Shown here one piece after another: positions 8,688 to 18,473 of a stretch of DNA of 64,000 nucleotides (position 1 is the stretch's first letter; each line of letters begins with the position of its first letter). The translations under genes were made by a program, and so were the position numbers. The notes beneath the pieces were generated by a model. It made no database searches. It was not told the origin of the DNA and saw only the letters and a program-made list of their open reading frames with translations. The stretch is from Desulfurococcaceae archaeon (GTDB lineage: Archaea > Thermoproteota > Thermoprotei_A > Sulfolobales > Desulfurococcaceae). The DNA lies in contig JAWBAI010000001.1 of assembly GCA_038816475.1 (NCBI GenBank), positions 128,001 through 192,000 of the forward strand, read 5' to 3'.

Positions 8688-11286
8688 TAACCATATCGTG
8701 TAGTCTAGCTAGAAGCTTCCTCATATCTTCCATCAAAACGACATCGGTATACCCGTGAACAACTATGCTATGAGCGAATGGTGATGGAGCATCCTGCGAG
8801 TAGATCTGAACCACATCAATACTTCCGTTCTGAACAGCTCTAAGTACCTCAACAGCTTCATCTATGTGCATGTAGTCCATCAGTATTTCCCTGTAGGTTT
8901 CCTTCAGAACAGGAAAGTTGGGTATTTCTTCAACAGCTTTAAGTAGCTCCTCGGCATTCAGCTGAAGCTTGTAAAGTGATTTCTCAGCGTCCTTGTACCT
9001 TCTAAGTAACATAAAGCTTCTAACAGCAACATGCCTGAACCTTCTCTTTATCAGATCCGTTTTCCTGACAACCTTTACCAGGATGTCCCATGCATTGTCA
9101 ACAGGTATGGACTTGAATAATCTTACATAATCAGCGTTTGGATGTCCGGGGATACTCAGCATAAAGCCGTTGTCTGTGACAGTGATTTTAACATTTACTC
9201 CGAGAGATGAGCCAACAACGTAAGCGTATAGCCTCGCAAGGGCTTCGTTTGCTTTTCTCCCAAATATGGAGTGCACAATTATATTTCGCCTACTCGGTTC
9301 ATCGAATATTTCTATTGCTATAAGCTTATCTGAAGGCACAACGTTATTGGTATATAGCTTCTGCTCCAAAATATAGTTATATATTGCTTCGGCGGCGTGG
9401 GATTCTAACCGGTACTCTTTGACCAAGAACTTTATAACCTCTTCTTTACTGTACTTGTCTATGAGCTCTGATACCAAGCGCCTAAACTTACCCACTTCTA
9501 CTGCAGAATCATATGCTAACGGCAACATCTCGCTAAACCAGACAGGAACAGTAGGTCTTTGTCCATCAGCTCTCTTAACGATAGCTGTGAACCCCCTACT
9601 ACCTATGAACTCGTATACACGACCACCCAGTATGAACAAGTCTCCTGGTGTTAAGTACTCGACAAAACCCTCTTCTAGGTCACCCACGTATCTACCCTCC
9701 GTAGTGAAAACTCTAACTTTGCTCTCATCTGGTATTACACCCAGGTTCAAGTAGTAGATCATTCTAGTAGTCTTCTTTCTTCCGAACACGCTTTTCTCCT
9801 CATCAAGCCATATCTTTGCGTATACTCGCTGATGCTCGTAAAAGTCTCCGAGCCTACCAGCTAAGTAGTACACAACGTTAAGAAAGTCCTGGTAGCTTAG
9901 ATCGTGGAACGTATAGGTTCTTTTAATAAGCCTGTAGGCTTCCTTCAATCCCCAGTCTTTTTCAAGTGCTAAACCAACTATGTGCTGCGCGAGAACGTCT
10001 AGTGAGATCTTAGGAATCCTGATTCTATCGATCCTCCTTTCGGAGGCTAACTTGCATAGAACTGCACACTCTATTAGGTCATCCCTGTCAACGGCTATTA
10101 CTCTGCCCTTACTCACTTCGCGTATATGGTGCCCTGATCTTCCAACTCTCTGTAACAATCTTGTTGCACTCTTAGGGCTACTCAGTAGTACAACTAGGTC
10201 TATGTAGCCTATGTCTATACCTAGTTCAAGGGAAGTAGAGCTAACTACGGCTTTCAACTCGCCTCTCTTTAGCTTGTTCTCTATTTCTAGTCTTTGTTCT
10301 CTACTCAAACTACTGTGATGAGCTTCTATTTCATCAACATTTACTATTTTCTCCTTCTCCATGATCTTTCTAAGTTTGAATACTACTCTCTCGGTAGCGC
10401 TCCTCGTGTTTGTGAATATTAGTGTTGTTCTATGTCTCTTTACAAGCTCCACGATCTTCTTGTATATAGATTCGTTGATGACATCAGCTGGCGTGTGCAC
10501 TAAGTCTGTAACTGGTGCAATTACACGTATATCAGCTCTTTTATCGAATCTCGCATCTACTATATAGCAATCTCTCGGAGTGTCGTCATCGTTGAATCCT
10601 ACAAGGAATAAAGCGACTTCCTCGAGTGGAGCAATAGTTGCACTAAGCCCTATTCTTTGAATAGGTCTACCAACGAGGTTTTCCAACCTCTCGATACTAA
10701 CAGATAGATGACTTCCACGCTTACTTGATGCTAGGTCGTGTATTTCATCAACTACTACAACTCGAACATTTCTAAGAGCTTCTCTAAACCTGGGCGCGTT
10801 GAGAGCTAGTGCTAAACTTTCAGGGGTTGTTATCAGAATATGAGGCGGGTTTTTACTCATCTTCTGCTTCTCGTGTGGTGAGGTATCACTGGTGCGAACA
10901 GCTATTCTTATTTCGGGGAGTTCTAATCCCATGGACTTCGCTGTTTCAACAATACCCTGAACAGGTTCGTATAGGTTTTTCTTCATGTCGTTGTTGAGAG
11001 CTCTTAAGGGACTAACATATACTACGTATACGCCACTTGGCAGTTCTCCATGCTTTTCGTAGTACTCGTACATGTTGTCAATTATTCCTAGAAATACCGC
11101 GAGAGTTTTACCAGTTCCAGTAGGGCTTGAAACTAGAACATTGTACCCTTTCTTAACCAGTGGAATAGTTTTTCTCTGAACAGGCGTCATTTCTGTGTAC
11201 TTTCTTTTAAACCACTCAGACACGTATGGTCTTAAGAATCCAAGAACGCTTTTTTCATCGGGTTCATCGTTGCTGTAGATAAGCAC
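8635..11286 (-). CDS. lhr: Lhr-core ATP-dependent SF2 helicase
   Basis: SPTGTGKT, SPLRALNND, TTPESL, DEIH, SAT, HHSSL, LELGIDIG, QRVGRSGH. Confidence 0.93.
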   Translation of the reverse strand: MLIYSNDEPDEKSVLGFLRPYVSEWFKRKYTEMTPVQRKTIPLVKKGYNVLVSSPTGTGKTLAVFLGIIDNMYEYYEKHGELPSGVYVVYVSPLRALNNDMKKNLYEPVQGIVETAKSMGLELPEIRIAVRTSDTSPHEKQKMSKNPPHILITTPESLALALNAPRFREALRNVRVVVVDEIHDLASSKRGSHLSVSIERLENLVGRPIQRIGLSATIAPLEEVALFLVGFNDDDTPRDCYIVDARFDKRADIRVIAPVTDLVHTPADVINESIYKKIVELVKRHRTTLIFTNTRSATERVVFKLRKIMEKEKIVNVDEIEAHHSSLSREQRLEIENKLKRGELKAVVSSTSLELGIDIGYIDLVVLLSSPKSATRLLQRVGRSGHHIREVSKGRVIAVDRDDLIECAVLCKLASERRIDRIRIPKISLDVLAQHIVGLALEKDWGLKEAYRLIKRTYTFHDLSYQDFLNVVYYLAGRLGDFYEHQRVYAKIWLDEEKSVFGRKKTTRMIYYLNLGVIPDESKVRVFTTEGRYVGDLEEGFVEYLTPGDLFILGGRVYEFIGSRGFTAIVKRADGQRPTVPVWFSEMLPLAYDSAVEVGKFRRLVSELIDKYSKEEVIKFLVKEYRLESHAAEAIYNYILEQKLYTNNVVPSDKLIAIEIFDEPSRRNIIVHSIFGRKANEALARLYAYVVGSSLGVNVKITVTDNGFMLSIPGHPNADYVRLFKSIPVDNAWDILVKVVRKTDLIKRRFRHVAVRSFMLLRRYKDAEKSLYKLQLNAEELLKAVEEIPNFPVLKETYREILMDYMHIDEAVEVLRAVQNGSIDVVQIYSQDAPSPFAHSIVVHGYTDVVLMEDMRKLLARLHDMVIKKLQDRGVLVQLSSQQ

Positions 11287-11363
11287 GTAAGCATCACCTA
11301 GTATTAAAATTGATTGTTGTTAAGATTTAAACCAAGAATTCCGTGCTAGCGTAGATCGAGCTA

Positions 11364-12803
11364 TCACCTGTAGAACACGTCCTTTCTAAATCTCAGTGTT
11401 ACATAGAGGAATGGAAGCATAAACATGCACAGAGTAATGCTTGTTAAGTGGTACCCTTTCATAAAGGATGGAATGGCTCCAAACGCAAAGTATACTCCAA
11501 GAGCTAATTCTAGTGGAAACCTAGGGGATCTGTACATTTTCTGGTAAAGCCCTTTCGGAGTACGCTTGTACTCTTCCTTTACTCTGAGAAGAGCTTTAAT
11601 AGTAGATACTGCAACATAGGGTGAAGACGCTGTTCCCAAAGCTGTGAGTCTACCTGATAACGTGAGGAACTCTCTAACACTCTTTCTACGGGACTCGAAA
11701 TACATCAGTAGCGTGTATATGATCATTGTGAAGAACCAGGCTAAGAATAGTGGAAACACACGTTCAACGTAATCAGCAGGGTTAAGCGCTGTGATGGTGG
11801 ATAGTACCACAGCACCAGTAAAGGACAGAGCTGAAGGAACATACTGAAGAAGGTATAACAGAGCTTCCAGTTTTACGATCAACGGTGACTTCGAGAAGAT
11901 GAAGCACTTTAACCTTGATAATGCTGCATCCAGTGCACCATAGGCCCATCTTGATTGCTGAACCCTGAAGCTTTTATACGTTGAGGGGTTTTCCACCTTA
12001 ATTGCGTACTCATCTAGATACACTACTCTATATCCTTTGTAAAGTAACCTTGCTCCAAGCTCAGCATCGTCTTGTATTCTCGCTGGATCCCAGCCTTTCA
12101 AAACTTCTTTTAATTGATAGGCTTTGTAGAGCGTGCCCGTTCCGAGAGGGTATATGTGAAAGCCGAGTCTACTTCGAGCATCAAATAGTATCTTCCTGAT
12201 AAACTCCAACCCGAACGCAAGTGCCTCGCTTACTCTACTATCGAGATTTAGAGGTTCCCAGCGTCCCACTACTCCTAAACACGTATCGCACTCCTCCAGC
12301 AAGCTTACTGCCTTGTAGAAAAAGTCTCGTTCAGGCATAGTGTCAACATCGTAAACATAGATGTAACGGCCGATCGATGCATATAAGCCTACGTTAAGAG
12401 CACCTGTTCTCATTCCAACGGGTTCACTTCGCCAAATAAACCACACGTTAATACCTTCTTTTCTCGCGTTCTCAACTATCTTCAGGATCTGCTCTTTGTC
12501 TTCTTCACTATCGTCAGATACAAGAATGATCTCGTAGTTTGGCAACCCCAGAGATTTAACGTGGTTTAGAGCTCTAGATATGTACTCAAGCGGTTCTTTT
12601 CTCACAGGTAGAATGAAAGAGATTTCGCTTGAAGTTGAAGTAATATCTTTTGCTTGAACTACAGTTCTCTTACGCTTATTCACCCTACTCATCACAATGT
12701 AGAATGTGTGAACAAGAAAAGTGCATATTTGAGGTGCAAGAACAAGCACAGCTGCTACTACTCCAATGATGTACAGCGAGTTCAAGTTCGTAGACCCCTT
12801 CAT
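11364..12803 (-). CDS. Membrane-bound processive GT2 glycosyltransferase (cellulose synthase-like)
   Basis: N-terminal TM helix, VSDD, YDVD, QDD, QQSRW (QxxRW), several C-terminal TM helices, RTPK. Confidence 0.85.
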   Translation of the reverse strand: MKGSTNLNSLYIIGVVAAVLVLAPQICTFLVHTFYIVMSRVNKRKRTVVQAKDITSTSSEISFILPVRKEPLEYISRALNHVKSLGLPNYEIILVSDDSEEDKEQILKIVENARKEGINVWFIWRSEPVGMRTGALNVGLYASIGRYIYVYDVDTMPERDFFYKAVSLLEECDTCLGVVGRWEPLNLDSRVSEALAFGLEFIRKILFDARSRLGFHIYPLGTGTLYKAYQLKEVLKGWDPARIQDDAELGARLLYKGYRVVYLDEYAIKVENPSTYKSFRVQQSRWAYGALDAALSRLKCFIFSKSPLIVKLEALLYLLQYVPSALSFTGAVVLSTITALNPADYVERVFPLFLAWFFTMIIYTLLMYFESRRKSVREFLTLSGRLTALGTASSPYVAVSTIKALLRVKEEYKRTPKGLYQKMYRSPRFPLELALGVYFAFGAIPSFMKGYHLTSITLCMFMLPFLYVTLRFRKDVFYR

Positions 12804-12878
12804 CCGAGAGTACGGTTGCTACATAAGCTCTTTACATATATATGTGCCTTCTCTAATTTAGATAATGGGGATTGGATT

Positions 12879-13517
12879 TTGATTATAACGTGGCATGGAC
12901 ACGCTTGTATATCATTAACGATCAACGGCTACACAGTCGTAGTAGACCCTCACGATGGTACTAGTATCGGAATTAAAAGACCTGAGGTCAAAGCCGACCT
13001 TGTACTCGTTACGCACGATCACTTCGACCATAATGCGGTTAAGGTTGTCGCTAAGGAACGTACACGCGTTTTCAAAATGTTCTACGGAGAGTCGCTTGTA
13101 GACAATATCAGGATCACTGGCCTAAGAACATACCACGACAAGTTCAAAGGCAGGAGAAGGGGTGAAAACGCTATATATGTTATTGAGGCGGAAGGCTACA
13201 GAATAGCTCACTTAGGTGACCTCGGTGAAATACCGAGCGACGACGTGCTGTCGAAGATCAAAGGTGTTCACTTACTTGCCGTACCAGTCGGTGGTACCTT
13301 TACGATAGAGCCTGAGGAAGCTTGGCTCATCGTTGAGAAAACGCAACCCCTTAATGTTCTACCAATGCACTACTGGATACCTGGATCAACACTTCCGCTT
13401 AAACCAGTTGAAGAATTTCTCAAGCACGTTAAGAACTACGATGTGGTAAAACTGACCAAGAATTCGTTCAACATAGCCGATTACGCGAACAAGGTTATAG
13501 TACTTGCGCCTCCCTAG
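12879..13517 (+). CDS. MBL-fold metallo-hydrolase
   Basis: WHGHAC, VVDPH, THDHFDH, HLGDLG, PVGG, PMHY; TTG start at 12879 after GGGGAT. Confidence 0.88.
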   Translation: MIITWHGHACISLTINGYTVVVDPHDGTSIGIKRPEVKADLVLVTHDHFDHNAVKVVAKERTRVFKMFYGESLVDNIRITGLRTYHDKFKGRRRGENAIYVIEAEGYRIAHLGDLGEIPSDDVLSKIKGVHLLAVPVGGTFTIEPEEAWLIVEKTQPLNVLPMHYWIPGSTLPLKPVEEFLKHVKNYDVVKLTKNSFNIADYANKVIVLAPP

Positions 13518-13692
13518 CGGACCTACTGGTGTAAGACACGAAGAGGCTGTTTTAGCGGAGCTTAAATCCTTGAGAGAGCTTTCGAAAAAGTTCCTAAAGA
13601 AGTACTATGGGATGTTCAGCTACGAAGCAGAGGCTTTAATAAATAAAACTCTAATTACGTTTAGTATAGCTAGAGAAGTTTCTATGAGAAAA

Positions 13693-13746
13693 CTGTGATG
13701 AAACTTTAGGCCCCTGATGGATGAGGAGGGATCAACCGGCTGAGAG
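13693..13746 (+). ncRNA. C/D-box methylation guide sRNA targeting 16S rRNA
   Basis: C GTGATGA 13695-13701, D' CTGA 13714-13717, C' TGGATGA 13718-13724, D CTGA 13740-13743; guides are complementary to conserved archaeal 16S GGGCCUAAAG and CCGGUUGAUCC. Confidence 0.9.
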
Positions 13747-13757
13747 AGGGAAATACT

Positions 13758-14042
13758 TTGGCTTATACCTGGGAACCTCGATGGGAAGTTTTAGAGGTGA
13801 ACTACGAGGGTATAAGGTTCAAGACATGTAGAGATAAGACAACAGGCTTAATAGCATGCCCTATATGTATTCACGCGGCATCTAAGTGCTTAGGTGAAAG
13901 GCCCCCATCTAGCTACGAATACGAAAACACGTTCTTCTATAGTGTTGAGGACTTAATAGAGCATCTTAAAGGTTACCACATTCATGGCTTGAATAAGAAG
14001 ATTATGAAGCTTCTAAGCAAGAAAACAGAAGGCGAAGAATAG
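13758..14042 (+). CDS. Small zinc-finger-like protein
   Basis: ACPIC...F..VEDLIEHLKGYH (C2H2-like with insertion). Confidence 0.7.
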   Translation: MAYTWEPRWEVLEVNYEGIRFKTCRDKTTGLIACPICIHAASKCLGERPPSSYEYENTFFYSVEDLIEHLKGYHIHGLNKKIMKLLSKKTEGEE

Positions 14043-14044
14043 AA

Positions 14045-14881
14045 GTGAAAAAATTCTGTGTTTATGGTAATCCAACGATAGATGTAATTGAGCTGGAAAC
14101 GAGTGAAAAGTACGTAGCTTACGGTGGAGGAGCATACTACTCTTCACTACCACTACTGGAAGCTCGCGAAGAAGTAAGCATTTATTCAGTGTACAGTCCA
14201 CTCTTAGTTAAACATCCTGTTTCCCGGTTTTTAGTTAAAAAGCAGTACTCACCTAGAGCGAACATTTTCATTCTTGAATACAAACATGGTACTAGAAGAA
14301 TTAAGGTACTGGATGTAGCACCACCTCTGTATCCGTGGAATGTGCAGGAAGAAGAGTGCTACGCGATAGTAAACCCTGTTTTAGGTGAAGTAGGAGTAGG
14401 CATACTAAAGGAGCTTAGTTGTAGATCTCCGGCTGTAGCTATGGATGTTCAAGGATTCCTCAGAGAGGTGATCAAGGGCTACATTGAGATAAGGCCTTCG
14501 GCCGAAGCTCTGCTGGCGATTTCCATGGTTGAAGTTGTTCACTTGGATATCGAAGAACTATGCGCGCTTATGGGGTATACGGAGATTAAAGAAGCTCTTA
14601 GCAAGCTATCTCGATATGTAAAAAGAGTAGCTGTGGTAACAGTAAGACCCAACCATGCGTTTATAGTTACTCAGCATGGCTATAAAAGCGTAAGTTTCGA
14701 GAACACCCCTATAGTAAAGGATAAGACGGGATCTGGAGATTATTATCTTTCTTCTTACTTTTACAATTACATACTGCATGGAGATGAAGTAGAAGCAGCG
14801 TACAAAGCACACGAGCGCACGTCAGCGTGGTTGGCACGGCGTGGTAAGCAAACTCCAATAGCTAACTGTGGCTTAAATTAA
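14045..14881 (+). CDS. PfkB/ribokinase family carbohydrate kinase
   Basis: GNPTIDVI, GGGAYY, MDVQG, DKTGSGD. Confidence 0.85.
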   Translation: MKKFCVYGNPTIDVIELETSEKYVAYGGGAYYSSLPLLEAREEVSIYSVYSPLLVKHPVSRFLVKKQYSPRANIFILEYKHGTRRIKVLDVAPPLYPWNVQEEECYAIVNPVLGEVGVGILKELSCRSPAVAMDVQGFLREVIKGYIEIRPSAEALLAISMVEVVHLDIEELCALMGYTEIKEALSKLSRYVKRVAVVTVRPNHAFIVTQHGYKSVSFENTPIVKDKTGSGDYYLSSYFYNYILHGDEVEAAYKAHERTSAWLARRGKQTPIANCGLN

Positions 14882-15238
14882 CGCAACCTCCGGAAATCCA
14901 CCATCGAAGTTTACTTTACCCAGTATAAGAGTAGGCTGTTGCTCTCTCCTCTGGGGCAGACCCACATGGCTCATTATAGCTTCCTTGAGCTCTTTTCTCG
15001 AGGGAGCTCTACCAATGAACCTTAGTTTACCGTTGATGAATATTTTTGGAAGGTCAGCGATTTCCGATTCAAAAGGATCCGCAAGCCAGACGTGTATTGG
15101 AATTATTTCAACCCATGTATTGTACTTGTCGAGTAGTTCTTCAGCTACATCAAATAGAGTTTTGAGAGCTTTATCGCTTTCTACGCTAAAGTCGAGTTGA
15201 ATTTCAACAACAACCTTTTCCACGTCGCTTAGTTCCAT
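14873..15238 (-). CDS. Thioredoxin-fold protein lacking CxxC
   Basis: LPKIFINGKLRFIGRAPSRKEL resembles the C-terminal half of the thioredoxin fold. Confidence 0.6.
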   Translation of the reverse strand: MELSDVEKVVVEIQLDFSVESDKALKTLFDVAEELLDKYNTWVEIIPIHVWLADPFESEIADLPKIFINGKLRFIGRAPSRKELKEAIMSHVGLPQRREQQPTLILGKVNFDGGFPEVALI

Positions 15239-15287
15239 TAAATCCCTTTAGAGCTATCCACCTAGGTTTTACTTAAAAATCAAAAGT

Positions 15288-16673
15288 CTAAGTAATACTA
15301 CTTTCCTTCTTGTAAGGGTGTATGTAGTCTTTTGGTGCTCTGCTGAACACTTCAAGGTATTTTCTGAGGACTCTTGGAATGGTGATTGTTCCATCCTCAT
15401 TCTGGAAGTTCTCCAGTATGGCGGTTATTGTTCTTGTGCTAGCTATAGCAGTACTGTTTAGCGTGTGAACATACTCTTTAATCATCCCCTTTCTCCTTAC
15501 AAGCCTTATCTTTAGCCTGTAGCTTTGCCAATCCGTTGTATTACTGCAGCTCACCATCTCTCTGTAGAGACCCTGGGCGGGCATCCACACCTCAAGATCG
15601 TACTTCTTAGCAGCAGGTGCACCTAGGTCTCCGCTTGCTATGTTAACTACTCTGTAAGGTAGTTCAAGTCCTTGGAAAAGCTCCTCAGCATTCCTAATAA
15701 GCTCCTCCATCAGGTCCCAGCTTTCCTCGGGTTTAGCAAATACGTATTGTTCAACCTTGTGAAACTGATGAACTCTGAATATCCCCTTCAAGTCCCTAGA
15801 ACCAGCACCAGCTTCTTTTCTAAAACATGGAGATACTCCAACGTACTTTATTGGGAGCTCTTCTTCTGGTATATCCTCGAACGCGTGTAGCGCGGCCAAC
15901 GAGTGCTCAGCTGTAGCTATCAGGTAGAGGTCTTCCCCTTCGATCTTGTATATCGCATCTTTGAAGGTGTTTAAGTCTATTACACCCATCATCACTTTAT
16001 GTCTAAGCATGTAAGGTGGAAGAACAAGCCTGTAGCCTTTACTCGTAAGGTGATCTATAGCATACATCAGCAGAGCCATGTCGAGGAACACTATGTCGTC
16101 GAATAAGTAATAGAACCTGCTACCAGCTACTTCGCCTGCTTTGATGGTGTTTCCAAGGCCTAACACGTTCTCAAGCATATCAGCATGGCCTACAGGCTTG
16201 CGCTCTATAAGCTCATACTCTACTTTGAAACCGTACTTCTCGGTTTGTTGCTTAAACTGCTCTAGGTAGCCAATCCAGACTTTAGGTTTACCCCAGAATC
16301 TTATAGGAACATTGAATGAGTCGTCGGGTCCTATTGGTACACTTTCGTGAACTATATTAGGAAGAGCGAGAAGAGCTTCTTCTCTTTCATCTTCAATTTT
16401 CCTCAGCTCGGATTCTAGCTTTGCTAGTTCCTCAAGTGTTCTTTTCGCTTCCTCGATAGCTTGTTGTCTCATTTCACCGGTTAACTTGGCTATTTGTCTA
16501 CTGATCTCGTTGTGTCTATGTCTCAGCTCCTGAACAATAGTTAACAGCTTTCTCCACTTTACGTCAAGCTCGTAGGCTTTGTCTACGATGCTCGAATCCA
16601 TGAACCTTTTTTTCACGTGCTCTTTCAGTGTATCCGGGCTTGTTCTGAGCAGGCTCAGTATACTCCAGCTCAT
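15288..16673 (-). CDS. serS: Serine--tRNA ligase
   Basis: N-terminal coiled coil, [42 protein letters not shown]. Confidence 0.97.
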   Translation of the reverse strand: MSWSILSLLRTSPDTLKEHVKKRFMDSSIVDKAYELDVKWRKLLTIVQELRHRHNEISRQIAKLTGEMRQQAIEEAKRTLEELAKLESELRKIEDEREEALLALPNIVHESVPIGPDDSFNVPIRFWGKPKVWIGYLEQFKQQTEKYGFKVEYELIERKPVGHADMLENVLGLGNTIKAGEVAGSRFYYLFDDIVFLDMALLMYAIDHLTSKGYRLVLPPYMLRHKVMMGVIDLNTFKDAIYKIEGEDLYLIATAEHSLAALHAFEDIPEEELPIKYVGVSPCFRKEAGAGSRDLKGIFRVHQFHKVEQYVFAKPEESWDLMEELIRNAEELFQGLELPYRVVNIASGDLGAPAAKKYDLEVWMPAQGLYREMVSCSNTTDWQSYRLKIRLVRRKGMIKEYVHTLNSTAIASTRTITAILENFQNEDGTITIPRVLRKYLEVFSRAPKDYIHPYKKESSIT

Positions 16674-16689
16674 TAAAGTCCACCAGAAC

Positions 16690-17088
16690 TTAGCCTTTTT
16701 CCTCCTGCTCTCTACGAAGGGTGCTCTGGTACATCTCAACTATATCGTATCCGAATCTTTCTTTAAAGAGTTGCCTTCCTTTCTCGGTCATTCTTAGTGG
16801 TGTCCAGGGCGGATCGTAGATTATATCAATGTCAGCGTCTATTCTTAGCTTTTCCTTAAGCTGATCAATTATCATTAGAGGAATTATAGATGCTAGGGGG
16901 CAAAACGGTGTTGTAAGAGTCATAGTTATCTTAACATGCTTATCGTCGATCACGTCAATATTGTACACAAGTCCTAAATTGTACACGTCTACGCCCAGCT
17001 CGGGATCTACGATGGTTTCAAGGATTTCTACGATTCTTTGTTTAATTGTATCTTTGTTTACCGGGATCTCAGTCAAATAAATCACCAC
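16690..17088 (-). CDS. Fe-S cluster assembly factor (SufT/DUF59 family)
   Basis: [29 protein letters not shown]. Confidence 0.9.
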   Translation of the reverse strand: MVIYLTEIPVNKDTIKQRIVEILETIVDPELGVDVYNLGLVYNIDVIDDKHVKITMTLTTPFCPLASIIPLMIIDQLKEKLRIDADIDIIYDPPWTPLRMTEKGRQLFKERFGYDIVEMYQSTLRREQEEKG

Positions 17089-17118
17089 TACTAAGAGGGA
17101 AATAGTGGTTTAGGAATT

Positions 17119-17418
17119 TTAATAGCTTGTAAACAGCTCTCTGTACTCTACGAGAAGTTCGGCGGGCGATTTGCTTGAAAGCTTCTTGGCGATCTTGTGA
17201 AGTACTTTAACCTCCTCGGGTGAAGCATAATCTATTGGGCGACCCTGCTTACCACTTCTTTCCCATTTATCCATAACCTTACTCATTATCTCTTGAACCT
17301 CGTCAAGAGAGTAAAACACAACTTTGTAGATGGCTTCATTACTTTCATCTATTAACCTTACAACTTCATTACGAAGTTTTTCAATGTCCTCCTTGTGTTT
17401 TCTTACCTTAAATATCAT
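17119..17418 (-). CDS. Hypothetical protein
   Basis: 99-aa ORF in operon context; GGAG RBS. Confidence 0.65.
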   Translation of the reverse strand: MIFKVRKHKEDIEKLRNEVVRLIDESNEAIYKVVFYSLDEVQEIMSKVMDKWERSGKQGRPIDYASPEEVKVLHKIAKKLSSKSPAELLVEYRELFTSY

Positions 17419-17471
17419 GGTTGCACTCCGCGAATACTATGTAGTTCGTCCTTAAAATTGTTCAGCTCACA

Positions 17472-18473
17472 TTACTCGGCCAGTTCTTCTAGGAATGCGG
17501 CAAAGTCGTATGTGTGCACAGCTTTAACGGTATCAAGAGCCCATCCAAGCTTGTCTATCAGTATTAAAACTGCTGCTTGTGGTGGTATAACACCATACTC
17601 TGTTACTATGGCATCAATGTACTCTGGAGGTGTTACGTCGAATACTGGGTTTAATACCTTGACACGTGGATGCGATTTTAGCCAGTCGGATGGTACAACT
17701 TCTTCTTCGCTTCTGAACTCTATTTTGACGAGTTCTCCGAAGAGCGTTAGTGGTGAAAACTTGTACGATTCAGCTGCTACGTAAAACCTAACTCTAGCCT
17801 CCTTGGCTGCAAGAGCAACCTGGCTTGTTCCAATCTTGTTCACCACGGCACCATTACTGGCAACAGCGTCGGCGCCCACGATCACGTAGTCTACTTCATG
17901 CATGAGGTATCTAACAGCGCTATCTGGAATCTGCTCAGCGGGTATACCGTACTTCAGGAGATGCGCCATTGTAATTCTGCCTTGCATAAATGGCCTGGTC
18001 TCTGTACTGTAGACTTTTTCGATTCTGCCTTGTCTATAGGCTTCTGCTATTAGCTCTACAGCAGCTGTACTATGGCAGTGGGTGAGCACGATGGAACCGG
18101 GTTTTATCCTCTTGGCACCTATTTCGCTTATCTTTTTGACGGCTTCTCTGGAGTTTTTCACGAACTCTTCAGAGGCTGTTACAACAGCTTCTCTTGCTTC
18201 ATCAAAGTTCGTTTTACCCTTCAGAGACCTGAGAACGTACACGACAGCGTTCGGTAAACTTACGGCTGTGGGTCTCGTCGTGATCAGCATATCTCCGATC
18301 TTCACCATATACTTCTTGAAGTCCTCAACCGAGCGCAGACCACTGTAGCTTAGAGCAGCTATCTTGAGAGCGTTTGCAGCAGCTCTGGCTATTTCACCAG
18401 CGCCCCTTATTCTCATAGTTCTTATGCCATCTGCTATCTCGAGAACCTGCTCAGGGATGATAGCTCCGTTCAC
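17472..18473 (-). CDS. Ribose-1,5-bisphosphate isomerase (eIF2B-like family)
   Basis: MRIRGAG, TRPTAVSLPN, THCHS (catalytic Cys), ETRP, GAD (catalytic Asp), NKIGT, FDVTP. Confidence 0.9.
   Translation of the reverse strand: MNGAIIPEQVLEIADGIRTMRIRGAGEIARAAANALKIAALSYSGLRSVEDFKKYMVKIGDMLITTRPTAVSLPNAVVYVLRSLKGKTNFDEAREAVVTASEEFVKNSREAVKKISEIGAKRIKPGSIVLTHCHSTAAVELIAEAYRQGRIEKVYSTETRPFMQGRITMAHLLKYGIPAEQIPDSAVRYLMHEVDYVIVGADAVASNGAVVNKIGTSQVALAAKEARVRFYVAAESYKFSPLTLFGELVKIEFRSEEEVVPSDWLKSHPRVKVLNPVFDVTPPEYIDAIVTEYGVIPPQAAVLILIDKLGWALDTVKAVHTYDFAAFLEELAE

Noticed and set aside
13504-13698. 64-aa ORF between the MBL hydrolase and the C/D sRNA
   Set aside because: No RBS or motif; it overlaps the upstream gene end and the sRNA promoter and C box.
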